Shown piece after piece: positions 55,627 to 64,000 of a stretch of 64,000 nucleotides of DNA. Every line of letters begins with the position of its first letter. The first letter of the stretch is position 1. This stretch comes from a virus, in IMG/VR virus record IMGVR_UViG_3300031519_004866; one strand, written 5' to 3'. The notes under the pieces are model-generated. The model searched no databases. It was not told the origin of the DNA and saw only the letters and a list, made by a program, of their open reading frames with translations. The position numbers and the translations under genes were made by a program.

Positions 55627-56607
55627 ATGAATGATTTTACTTTAATACCGTTTCACAATATTGTTAAGTTTGGGCAAAAGACCATGCTTGACCAGCCATT
55701 GTTTAATGTTAGCTGGATATTAGGCCGCTTTTGTAATTACAGTTGTAGCTACTGTTGGCCGTATGCAAACACAAATGTACCGGATCATCAGGAGTTTGAA
55801 ATATATACTAATGCGCTTGATGAGATAAAACGTCAGGCTAGAGATAATGGCTTTACAGAATTCCACTTTAGCTTTAGTGGTGGTGAGCCTACTGCGTATA
55901 AGAAGTTTGGTGATTTAATAGAACACTATGCCAACGATGATGATGCTAAGTATCTAAGTTTGCATCTAACAACGAATTTAAGTCCAGGTAGTAAATGGTG
56001 GAACAGATTTATTGATGCTACACAGCATTTACACCGTCGAAGTATTACTGCAAGTTATCATGCAGAGTTTGCTAATGAACAAGAGTTTGGAGATAAATGT
56101 CTTCAGCTTATGAAAGGAGGAGTTTATGTTACGATCAATCAAGTTATGGTTCCTGAAATGTTTGAGGAACTTTACGAACGCCTGGAACGATTTGCCACCA
56201 GAGGTATCAATGTCACTCTCAAACCCCAATCTGACCCCACCGCATCTTTCGTTGTACATGGATACACTGAAGAACAAATCACAAGAATGCAAAGAGGATT
56301 CCCACAGCACTGGAAAGAAAAAGAAGTAATGCAAATGTACATGGAAGATGCCAAAGGCAACGACTATGGGTTGGACCAAGCTGAACGCATGAACGCTTTT
56401 GGATTTAATAAATTTAAAGATTGGACATGTAACGCAGGATATCAAAGCTGCATTATAAGCGGTGATACTGTCAAGAGAGCATATAGTTGTAGCGATAAAC
56501 CATTAGGTACGCTACAGGGCGGTTTTACGCTGTTTAAGACACCAACTAAATGTATTACCGATACATGTGTAAGTAGTGCAGACAGTAAGATACCAAAGGT
56601 AAAGTAA
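55627..56607 (+). CDS. radical SAM enzyme with C-terminal Cys-rich (twitch-like) domain
   Basis: CNYSCSYC, FSGGEP, CNAGY...C...C...C. Confidence 0.9.
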   Translation: MNDFTLIPFHNIVKFGQKTMLDQPLFNVSWILGRFCNYSCSYCWPYANTNVPDHQEFEIYTNALDEIKRQARDNGFTEFHFSFSGGEPTAYKKFGDLIEHYANDDDAKYLSLHLTTNLSPGSKWWNRFIDATQHLHRRSITASYHAEFANEQEFGDKCLQLMKGGVYVTINQVMVPEMFEELYERLERFATRGINVTLKPQSDPTASFVVHGYTEEQITRMQRGFPQHWKEKEVMQMYMEDAKGNDYGLDQAERMNAFGFNKFKDWTCNAGYQSCIISGDTVKRAYSCSDKPLGTLQGGFTLFKTPTKCITDTCVSSADSKIPKVK

Positions 56608-57209
56608 TGAAGATTGATATTCAAGATATAAAGTTTTGGATGGACGCTATTCGCAACAGCGAAGATAGAGACCGTACACTTGAAAGTTTTTGGGGAGGCC
56701 AGTTAAAATCAAAAACTTGGTTAATTGAAACTTTAGAAAAGTCTAATCATGTTGCCAATGCTGAAGTAGTTATATTTGGTGGATGGAATGGAGTGTTAGC
56801 TAACATGCTGTTTAATAGTAGCATAGGGTTTAAACATATTACAAGTGTAGACATTGATCCTGTATGCGAAACCGTTGCATTGACAATTAACAAACGTCAA
56901 GAAATGGAAGGACGTTTTATAGCAGTAACATCAGATATGTGTGATTACGAATATACAAATAAACCTTATTTTGTTATTAATACAAGTTGCGAACATATTA
57001 GTCAACAACAATATAATAAATGGTTAAGTAATGTTCCAGAAGGCTCGAAGATAATATTACAATCAAATAACTATTTTGACCTTGAAGAACATGTTAACTG
57101 TAGTGCATCATTAGAAGAATTTGCAAGAAAGTCTAAGTTAAAAGTATTACACTCAGCTGAATTAGAATTACCTAAGTACAAAAGATTTATGATTATAGGA
57201 AACCTTTAA
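56607..57209 (+). CDS. class I SAM-dependent methyltransferase-like protein
   Basis: VVIFGGWNG, SVDID, INTSCEH. Confidence 0.7.
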   Translation: MKIDIQDIKFWMDAIRNSEDRDRTLESFWGGQLKSKTWLIETLEKSNHVANAEVVIFGGWNGVLANMLFNSSIGFKHITSVDIDPVCETVALTINKRQEMEGRFIAVTSDMCDYEYTNKPYFVINTSCEHISQQQYNKWLSNVPEGSKIILQSNNYFDLEEHVNCSASLEEFARKSKLKVLHSAELELPKYKRFMIIGNL

Positions 57210-58291
57210 TGTTTGACTTTAATGATCTAAAAACTATTCACATTGAGCTAACAACAAACTGTCAAGCAAAATGTCCAATGTGTTCAAGAAACATACACAG
57301 CGGAGTAGAAAATCCGCTATTACGAATAGTACAATGGACATTGGACGATTTTAAAACTATTATTAACAAAGAAGTACTAGACACAATTAACCGTGCGTAC
57401 TTCTGTGGTAACTTTGGCGATCCATTACTAAATGACAGTCTTATTGATATGTGCAGATATGTAAAGGACACCAGTCCTAAGACAGCAATAGGTATACATA
57501 CAAACGGTAGTTTAAGGAATGCAAAATGGTGGTCAGATCTAGCAAAAGCATTACCAGAAGACCATTGCGTTTACTTTGCTCTTGACGGACTAGAAGACAC
57601 TCATAAATTATATAGAGTTGGCACAGATTGGAATCGTATTATTGAAAATGCAAAAACATTTATTGCAGCCGGAGGCCGTGCTAACTGGACATATATCAAA
57701 TTCAAACACAACGAGCACCAAGTTGATAAATGTAGACAAATTGCAAAAGATTTAGGCTTCCAAGATTTCACAGTTAAAAACACATCAAGATTTTTAGTTG
57801 AGCCTAAGTATGATGTATGGGATAAAAATAAAATTCCACTGTATAGTTTAGAAGCACCATCTGATACCGAAACACACTTTTTACCTAAAGAAGTTATTGA
57901 CAATTATAAATCAGTTTTAGACGAAGCAGAAATAGATTGTCATGTACAACAAATAAAAGAAATATACATTGATGGTTCTAAAACAGTATTACCATGTTGT
58001 TGGTTAGCACAAACTCCAATGACTCATTATGATCCTGCACATGTTTGCGAAGATGTTATAGATATGTTAAGAGGACAATATAGTAAAATGATAAGTGACT
58101 TTGGCGGTATAAGCAATCTTGATGCAACTAAAGGAATAAAAAATATTATTGACTCTGACGTTTGGCAAAACATATGGAAAAAGAAATGGAATGAAGATAA
58201 AATGCTAATGTGTGCAAGAACATGTGGTAAGTTTAAAACATTTAATATCTCACAACCACAAGATCAATTTATTGAAAGAGAAATGTTATGA
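57209..58291 (+). CDS. radical SAM/SPASM-twitch enzyme
   Basis: CQAKCPMC, CGNFGDP, C...LPCCW...CARTC. Confidence 0.9.
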   Translation: MFDFNDLKTIHIELTTNCQAKCPMCSRNIHSGVENPLLRIVQWTLDDFKTIINKEVLDTINRAYFCGNFGDPLLNDSLIDMCRYVKDTSPKTAIGIHTNGSLRNAKWWSDLAKALPEDHCVYFALDGLEDTHKLYRVGTDWNRIIENAKTFIAAGGRANWTYIKFKHNEHQVDKCRQIAKDLGFQDFTVKNTSRFLVEPKYDVWDKNKIPLYSLEAPSDTETHFLPKEVIDNYKSVLDEAEIDCHVQQIKEIYIDGSKTVLPCCWLAQTPMTHYDPAHVCEDVIDMLRGQYSKMISDFGGISNLDATKGIKNIIDSDVWQNIWKKKWNEDKMLMCARTCGKFKTFNISQPQDQFIEREML

Positions 58292-59694
58292 CAGATTGGC
58301 ACTACGATAAAGAAGATACTAGATTAGGCAAGTTTCAAAGAGAGCTTGAATCTGTTTCTAGTAGTACGTTTTGTGTACTTCCGTGGATACACATGGCAAC
58401 TAGGCCTAACGGTGATATGCGCTTATGTTGTACTGCTAATGCTAGTGGAGCTGGAGACGATCACGAAGTTGGTCTTGTAAAAATGGAAGATGGCAAACCT
58501 GCAAACTTTGGCAAACATACTCCAATGGAAGCATGGAATAACGATTACATGAAAAGTGTACGTACAACTATGCTTAAAGGAGAGATCCCTGCAAGTTGTA
58601 AAGGATGTTTCAAAGAAGAGTCACAAGGCATTGTTAGCAAACGTATATGGGAAAGTGCAACATGGAAAAATGATGAAGGTATTGATATACCAGAACTTAT
58701 TGCACAAACACAAGAAGACGGAACCGTGCCTGAACAATTAAAATATCTGGATCTAAGATTAGGACATACATGCAATATTAAGTGTGTAATGTGTAGCCCG
58801 CATGATTCAAGTAAGTGGGTTGCGGACCATAAAAAACTTATTCCTGTACTACAAGACCCAGAAGTTAAAAGACAAATGCAATGGGATAAGAAACTTTTTA
58901 ACAACAAATGGCACGAAAAAGATGCTTTTTGGCAAGAACTCAATGCGCAAATACCTTACCTTAAACAAGTATATTTTGCTGGAGGAGAGCCGTTAATGAT
59001 CAAAGAGCATAAACGCTTTCTTAAAGAAATTATTACACAGGGCTATGCTGACAAAATTTTAGTAAGGTACAACTCCAATGGTTTGCTAGTTGACAACGAG
59101 TTAATTGATATATGGAGTAAGTTTAAGAAAGTTAAATTTGCAGTAAGTATCGACTCGTATAAAGAGCGTGACGAATACATTAGATTTCCAACTAACTTTA
59201 AACAAGTTGAAAGCACATTACATTTACTAGATAACACTCCCGACAACATTCATGTTAGCATTGCAACAGCAGTACAAATATTCAATATAAAAACTATACC
59301 CGAATTTATTAAATGGAAAGTTAATAGTAATTTTAAAAAGATGAATGTTGGTTTGATTGATGGACATATTATGGGAGGCGGCCTTTTAAATGCACACTTA
59401 GTACACATACCAACATTTTTAAATATTACAATACTGCCTGAAAAAGACAAGCAAGAAGTACGTGAAAAGTTCGCTGAACTAAAACAATGGTTATGGAATA
59501 ACTTTACACAAGACGATGAGTTTTGGAAACACAATCCTAAAGGTTGGCGCCAATGGGAAGGGTTACTAAAGCACATGGATAGTTGTGATAACAGTCATAT
59601 GTTACCTGGCTTTAAAGAGTATGTAAATAAATTAGATGCAATCCGTGGCTTGAATGCCGCATCAGTATTTCCGGAGTTATCACATTTACTATGA
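58288..59694 (+). CDS. radical SAM enzyme with N-terminal twitch domain
   Basis: FCVLPW...RLCC...CKGC; CNIKCVMCSP; FAGGEP. Confidence 0.9.
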   Translation: MTDWHYDKEDTRLGKFQRELESVSSSTFCVLPWIHMATRPNGDMRLCCTANASGAGDDHEVGLVKMEDGKPANFGKHTPMEAWNNDYMKSVRTTMLKGEIPASCKGCFKEESQGIVSKRIWESATWKNDEGIDIPELIAQTQEDGTVPEQLKYLDLRLGHTCNIKCVMCSPHDSSKWVADHKKLIPVLQDPEVKRQMQWDKKLFNNKWHEKDAFWQELNAQIPYLKQVYFAGGEPLMIKEHKRFLKEIITQGYADKILVRYNSNGLLVDNELIDIWSKFKKVKFAVSIDSYKERDEYIRFPTNFKQVESTLHLLDNTPDNIHVSIATAVQIFNIKTIPEFIKWKVNSNFKKMNVGLIDGHIMGGGLLNAHLVHIPTFLNITILPEKDKQEVREKFAELKQWLWNNFTQDDEFWKHNPKGWRQWEGLLKHMDSCDNSHMLPGFKEYVNKLDAIRGLNAASVFPELSHLL

Positions 59695-60701
59695 CAGATA
59701 TTATTAAGATTGTTAATACTAGAGAAGAAGATTATATAGCAATTACATACTTCCCTACAGATATTTGTAATTTTGATTGCACGTATTGTTTTCCAGGAAG
59801 TCACCCATCTAAATATAGATACAGAAAAGACACAGACTTTGTCATTGACAACTTTAAAAAATTATTTGCTTTTTATAAATTAAAATTTAATAAATCTAAA
59901 ATATATTTTGAAATTGCCGGTGGCGGCGAACCAACACTATGGCCGGATTTATTAAAATTTTGCAAAGAAATTAAAAAAGTTCCAGACTTATCTATAGCAC
60001 TAGTATGCAACGGATCAAGAACACTTCGTTGGTGGGACACTATTATTCCCTATATTGACGAAGTTATGTTAAGTTACCATAACGAATTTACAAAAACAGA
60101 TCATTACATCAATGTAGCAGATTTGATTTGGGAGAATGGTAAGAAAGTAAATGCTATGGTATTAATGGATTATCCTAATTGGGATAAGTGTATCGATGCA
60201 ATTGAACAAATGAAACAAAGTAAATACAACTGGTTTATAAATGCAAAAGAAGTAGTAACTGCTCCAGGGCACGATGTAGAATCATATACTTTAGAACAAA
60301 AAGAATATTTAAAACAACCTATTAAGCGGTTGCCTGATTCAAGTTATATACTAAACAATCTACAAGATTATAGAATGGTCGAAAGTGTTGCAATACTTAA
60401 TAACGACAAAGTAGTTACAGCAGGTCCTAATTATTACTTAATAAACTCTATTAATAATTTTAAAGGATGGGCATGTAACGTAATATCTGAAAAAATAACT
60501 ATTTTTCCTTCTGGCAAAATAACAGGATCGTGTAATATAGACTTTGATTATGATTTAAATTTATACTCGACCACGTTAGAAAAAGACTTAAAACAAGTTA
60601 CATTACCTTATGTAACATGTACTATGAATTGTTGTGCTTGTCTAAGTGATAATCACATTACAAAATCAAAGCCAGCTATTATTCCTGCAGTACCTTTGTA
60701 A
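59691..60701 (+). CDS. radical SAM enzyme with C-terminal Cys-rich domain
   Basis: CNFDCTYC, AGGGEP, CN...GSC...CTMNCCAC. Confidence 0.9.
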   Translation: MTDIIKIVNTREEDYIAITYFPTDICNFDCTYCFPGSHPSKYRYRKDTDFVIDNFKKLFAFYKLKFNKSKIYFEIAGGGEPTLWPDLLKFCKEIKKVPDLSIALVCNGSRTLRWWDTIIPYIDEVMLSYHNEFTKTDHYINVADLIWENGKKVNAMVLMDYPNWDKCIDAIEQMKQSKYNWFINAKEVVTAPGHDVESYTLEQKEYLKQPIKRLPDSSYILNNLQDYRMVESVAILNNDKVVTAGPNYYLINSINNFKGWACNVISEKITIFPSGKITGSCNIDFDYDLNLYSTTLEKDLKQVTLPYVTCTMNCCACLSDNHITKSKPAIIPAVPL

Positions 60702-61602
60702 GAGGTATATCAGCAGCACACGTACACCATTTACGAGTACAAGTTATCCATTCTTCAGGCTGCTCAAAACTGCCATCATAGATGTTACCTATACTTCCAC
60801 CTACTCTACAAGTAGCACGATGTACATCGCCATCCCAATTAATCATTAGGCTTTCAATTCCTGCACTGCATTTCCAACCTTTAAATTGATTTAGGTGTTG
60901 TTTAATAACATCGTTGGCATGCATCTTAGTTGTGTCGTCAATAATTACATTAGGATTTACGGTAGACGTTCTGTCTAATATCCATTCTAAATCTTTACCT
61001 TCATATTTCAAATCATCAAACACATCATGGTCACCTTCTGTCCATCGTATTCGTCTTACAACATAAGGAATACAGTGTCCATCAAACATTGTAGCACACT
61101 CTTTTACTCTATCCATAAATTGATGATGTGCCATTAAGTTAACTTGAAATGGCTTTTGTGTATACGCACCTTCATTTAATTGAGAAAACAATAATACTGT
61201 TTCTGCGCATCGTCTCCAATTTTCAGTATCTTCTACGTGCAAACTAAACACAATGTGACTTACATTAAGATCGTTGTAGTACTCGGCTGTGCGGGTTCCG
61301 TTGGTAGTTACGTTAACCCACTCAAGCTGTTGACCTTGCATTGCATGATCAACTAGTTCTACAAACTGTGGATGAACACACGGCTCACCGCCTGTGAAAC
61401 TTACACGTATTGGCTTGCCAATTTCCCCTAGTGCATCAACTGCATCTAACAATACTTTAATATTTGTGTGTGGGCTAGTGTTGTCATGAATTGCTGCTGG
61501 GCAATAACTACAATCTAAGTTACAGCGTTTACCTAAATTCCATTCAACATGAACGCTATCTTGTCGATCATAACTAGAAGCTATTTTAAACATACGGCGC
61601 AA
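60679..61602 (-). CDS. radical SAM enzyme with C-terminal Cys-rich domain
   Basis: CNLDCSYC, FTGGEP, CSAG...ATC...CTRKWCTCAAD. Confidence 0.9.
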   Translation of the reverse strand: MRRMFKIASSYDRQDSVHVEWNLGKRCNLDCSYCPAAIHDNTSPHTNIKVLLDAVDALGEIGKPIRVSFTGGEPCVHPQFVELVDHAMQGQQLEWVNVTTNGTRTAEYYNDLNVSHIVFSLHVEDTENWRRCAETVLLFSQLNEGAYTQKPFQVNLMAHHQFMDRVKECATMFDGHCIPYVVRRIRWTEGDHDVFDDLKYEGKDLEWILDRTSTVNPNVIIDDTTKMHANDVIKQHLNQFKGWKCSAGIESLMINWDGDVHRATCRVGGSIGNIYDGSFEQPEEWITCTRKWCTCAADIPLTKVLQE

Positions 61603-62914
61603 ACTCTGGATTTATAACTTCAAACGGTCCTTGCTTACGACTTTTGTCTAAGTTACGATTAAAGTTAATACAGTCTTGCCATAACTCGTCGTGTAAATCG
61701 TCTGCTTGTAAGAAGTTAATATTATCCTGAATCTGCGTTAATGTAAAATCTTTAATTCTGCTATCACTTTTTACAAGTTTGTAATCTAAAACTTTTTCTT
61801 TCATTGCTTCTAGTTTATCAATTACTTGTAGTTTTAGTTCATTAGGAATAACCTGTGCTGATAACGCCTTAGGATATTGTACTCTATGACTGTAGAATAT
61901 AATTTCCATGTTCTCCATAAAGTACTCAATTACTTTATCAATTTGCATTATATTGTTTGACTGTACAGTAAATGCTCCAACAATTCTACTAACTGTAGGA
62001 ATTGTTTTCATAATTTTAATATTTTCTTCAATCTCAATAAACTTGCCATTGCCTCTAATGTATTCATAGATATCGTGTATACCGTCTATGCTTACATTAA
62101 CAGCAACACTTTTAAACTTAGGCCAATATTCGTGTACAGTTCGACCGCCCTTAATACCAAGTGTAGTTCCGTTAGTAGCATACTTTAATTCAATGTTCTC
62201 TCCATACGGTGCTAACATATCTAAAATTTTATAATGTTGAGGATCCATTAATGGTTCGCCGCCTGCAAACTCTACTCGTCTAAAGTAGGGCAATAGTTTC
62301 TTAAAACTACTCCACCAATTATCTGTATCTTCAAATGCATCAATATATTGACCTGGCTTTTTAACCAGTGCATTAACTGTTGGAATGAGAAAGTTATTTT
62401 CTTTTTTGTAAAATTCTGTAACTTGATCCCAGTCTTTCCATTGTGTGCTATCTAACGGGTTACACATACGACATTTAAGATTACATAAGTTGTTTAACTT
62501 TACTTCCATTGTAGGTATTTCAAATGGCATTGAATAATCATCTTCTAAGGCGTCTAATGCATTAGGATATAAATTAATCCTAGCTTCTGGTATAACACCT
62601 TCTATATGTCGCTGACGTAAACTTTGAACTCCTTGGTCTTCTAACCTAAAACAAGGTGCGCATACTTCAGGTCGTTCGTCATTCATTACCTGCCGGCGTA
62701 CCTCTTTAATCTTGTCTCCGTTCCAAATTTCTTCTAGTGTGTTATCTTTGATATCGCCAATAGGAGCACTGCGGCAACAAATCTTAATTGCGCCATCTTC
62801 TCTAGTTGCTAATCCTGTAAAAGGATGCATACAAAAAGTTTTACTGTTGCATGGCATTGGTAACTCCCCATTGTCTTTCTTGGCACCAAAAACATTTTTT
62901 ACATGTTGGAACAT
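61586..62914 (-). CDS. radical SAM enzyme with N-terminal twitch domain
   Basis: FCMHPF...KICC...CAPC; CNLKCRMCNP; FAGGEP; start may be the Met of MPCNSK. Confidence 0.9.
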   Translation of the reverse strand: MFQHVKNVFGAKKDNGELPMPCNSKTFCMHPFTGLATREDGAIKICCRSAPIGDIKDNTLEEIWNGDKIKEVRRQVMNDERPEVCAPCFRLEDQGVQSLRQRHIEGVIPEARINLYPNALDALEDDYSMPFEIPTMEVKLNNLCNLKCRMCNPLDSTQWKDWDQVTEFYKKENNFLIPTVNALVKKPGQYIDAFEDTDNWWSSFKKLLPYFRRVEFAGGEPLMDPQHYKILDMLAPYGENIELKYATNGTTLGIKGGRTVHEYWPKFKSVAVNVSIDGIHDIYEYIRGNGKFIEIEENIKIMKTIPTVSRIVGAFTVQSNNIMQIDKVIEYFMENMEIIFYSHRVQYPKALSAQVIPNELKLQVIDKLEAMKEKVLDYKLVKSDSRIKDFTLTQIQDNINFLQADDLHDELWQDCINFNRNLDKSRKQGPFEVINPEFAPYV

Positions 62915-63581
62915 ATTGTCCTGGCTTGTATGTTGCGTAGTCTAATCCTTTAAACACTTCCGGATATTGCTCATTATCACCTTCGCAACTTCTTGTTATA
63001 TTGAGTAACTCGGCAATATCATATTTTATAAATTGCCCAATAATCCAATCTTTTCTAGTTTCTATAAATGGGTGACAAACTGTAACTCCCATATGTAACA
63101 TTATAGCATCTATTGATGGTGTTTGTCTATCATTTAATGCACCTTCTAACTCTACATCGGGGTTTAATGTTACTCCTGCAAACCATGCATCTAACTTTTC
63201 CTTGTGTGCTAGATACTCATTAAACGATCGTAAAATAATTCTGTTTCCAGATTTCATTTTACCATTTTCGTCTTTGATCATAGTTGTGTGTGGTTCTTCT
63301 AGATCGGGTGGTATAAAGTTTGTGTGTCTTATAAATTCAAGTTCTGGAAATTTAGCAATAAACCAATCAAACACTTCAGCTGAAATGTGTTCTTGCCATG
63401 GCCTTGTTTTCCAACAGCGTATCTGTGTACTAATATGTACCCTGCAATTTACAGGTAAATTTTTACATACCAAATATGTTAATAATGCACTGTCTGCGCC
63501 ACCGCTAAGGCTTATGCCAATATTTCTCCATTTTGGATCAATGGGGAAATCTACATGATCTATTTTAATCCACTTACGCAT
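62841..63581 (-). CDS. QueC-like PP-loop ATP pyrophosphatase with Zn site
   Basis: SLSGGADS, TRSCE...CKKCFWCQER; start trimmed to MRKWIK (TAAATA-N5-ATG). Confidence 0.7.
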   Translation of the reverse strand: MRKWIKIDHVDFPIDPKWRNIGISLSGGADSALLTYLVCKNLPVNCRVHISTQIRCWKTRPWQEHISAEVFDWFIAKFPELEFIRHTNFIPPDLEEPHTTMIKDENGKMKSGNRIILRSFNEYLAHKEKLDAWFAGVTLNPDVELEGALNDRQTPSIDAIMLHMGVTVCHPFIETRKDWIIGQFIKYDIAELLNITRSCEGDNEQYPEVFKGLDYATYKPGQYVPTCKKCFWCQERQWGVTNAMQQ

Positions 63582-63635
63582 GATAATATTTACCAAGTTC
63601 TGTACGCAGTTAATACAGTTCCGGTAAATATTAGT

Positions 63636-64000
63636 ATGCTAGAAAAAACAACATACACAGTCCCCTTGGAAATGCTTAGTTTGGTTGATGTTAACGAGCT
63701 TAACGGCAAAACTTCAATTAACAAGCCAACTGGAAATTTCTTTTACGATCCGTGGATTATATCTGCTGATTATAGAGACACTGTATGGCATAAAATTTTA
63801 CAAACACTAGATTGCTCTAATATTGGTGAAGCACGAGTTATAGTTTTAAATTCTCCAAGCTGCTATACCAAACATGCAGACATTGACGATCGCTGGCATT
63901 TAAATATATTTGGCGATCAAGGATATCTAATTGATCTTGACACTGAAATAATGCACAAAACAGAACAAGATGGCATTTGGTACAAAATGGATGCTGGTGT
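63636..64000 (+). CDS. cupin / Asp-Asn beta-hydroxylase-like 2OG-Fe(II) oxygenase, runs off the window
   Basis: Not in ORF track; MLEKTTY...ARVIVLNSPSCYTKHADIDDRWHLNI, with HxD...H iron ligands. Confidence 0.55.
   Translation, partial: MLEKTTYTVPLEMLSLVDVNELNGKTSINKPTGNFFYDPWIISADYRDTVWHKILQTLDCSNIGEARVIVLNSPSCYTKHADIDDRWHLNIFGDQGYLIDLDTEIMHKTEQDGIWYKMDAG

Noticed and set aside
55627-62914. Assigning the radical-SAM enzymes to MoaA, PqqE, NirJ or anaerobic sulfatase maturase
   Set aside because: No moa, pqq, nir or sulfatase partner genes and no MoaA C-terminal GG motif; only the generic core and auxiliary Cys motifs are supported.
131-63558. Numerous opposite-strand ORFs in the track (e.g. 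131-424, 8229-8621, 14931-15392, 38022-38603, 58545-58943)
   Set aside because: They are antisense shadows of well-supported genes, with Ser/Leu/Phe-rich composition and no motifs or start signals.
1-64000. CRISPR array, tRNA/tmRNA, rRNA, transposase or integrase
   Set aside because: Intergenic gaps are short and explained by promoters and terminators; no repeat-spacer pattern, cloverleaf or recombinase motif was seen by eye. tRNAscan-SE or Infernal would be decisive.
1-64000. Stop-codon reassignment (alternative genetic code)
   Set aside because: Conserved genes are full length under the standard code, and TAA, TAG and TGA all serve as stops at tight gene junctions.
1-64000. Bacterial chromosome or prophage origin for the host-like genes (clpA, def, isc, kdsA)
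   Set aside because: These genes are interleaved with T4-like replication, baseplate and lysis genes and share the phage promoter grammar; no host operon context or attachment site is seen.

Overview
This window is a segment of a large, AT-rich, T4-like tailed dsDNA phage genome (myovirus-type). The host is probably a Gram-negative bacterium in a sunlit aquatic habitat, inferred from spanins, KdsA, IscU/IscA, FdxA-type ferredoxin, ClpA and UV-damage endonuclease. Most genes are on the minus strand. In order: (1) 1-8.2 kb, a 7-deazaguanine DNA-modification cluster (queE, folE, DpdA-like transglycosylase, DpdL-like T-fold protein) that also holds a GT-B glycosyltransferase, a phosphoribosyltransferase, a HIT hydrolase and a cupin; (2) sliding clamp and family-B DNA polymerase; (3) 12.7-18.6 kb, modular proteins with shared N-terminal motifs and Glu-delimited segments, probably head-packaged and protease-processed cargo; (4) clpA-def-dnaJ; (5) a lysis region interrupted by an IscU-IscU-IscA module; (6) phoH, ferredoxin, clamp loader, cytidylyltransferase, MazG, GroES and a mini-DnaE fragment; (7) baseplate and tail-fibre genes; (8) a queD-kdsA-glycosyltransferase-PMM-uvsE operon; (9) thyX and an Hc1-like protein; (10) six radical-SAM enzymes with a methyltransferase, a QueC-like PP-loop enzyme and a cupin oxygenase. 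Two promoter classes are visible: sigma70-like TTGACA-N17-TATAAT, and late TAAATA, the latter often exactly 5 nt before ATG (leaderless). I saw no tRNA, CRISPR array or mobile element. All calls come from motif recognition by eye, not database searches.
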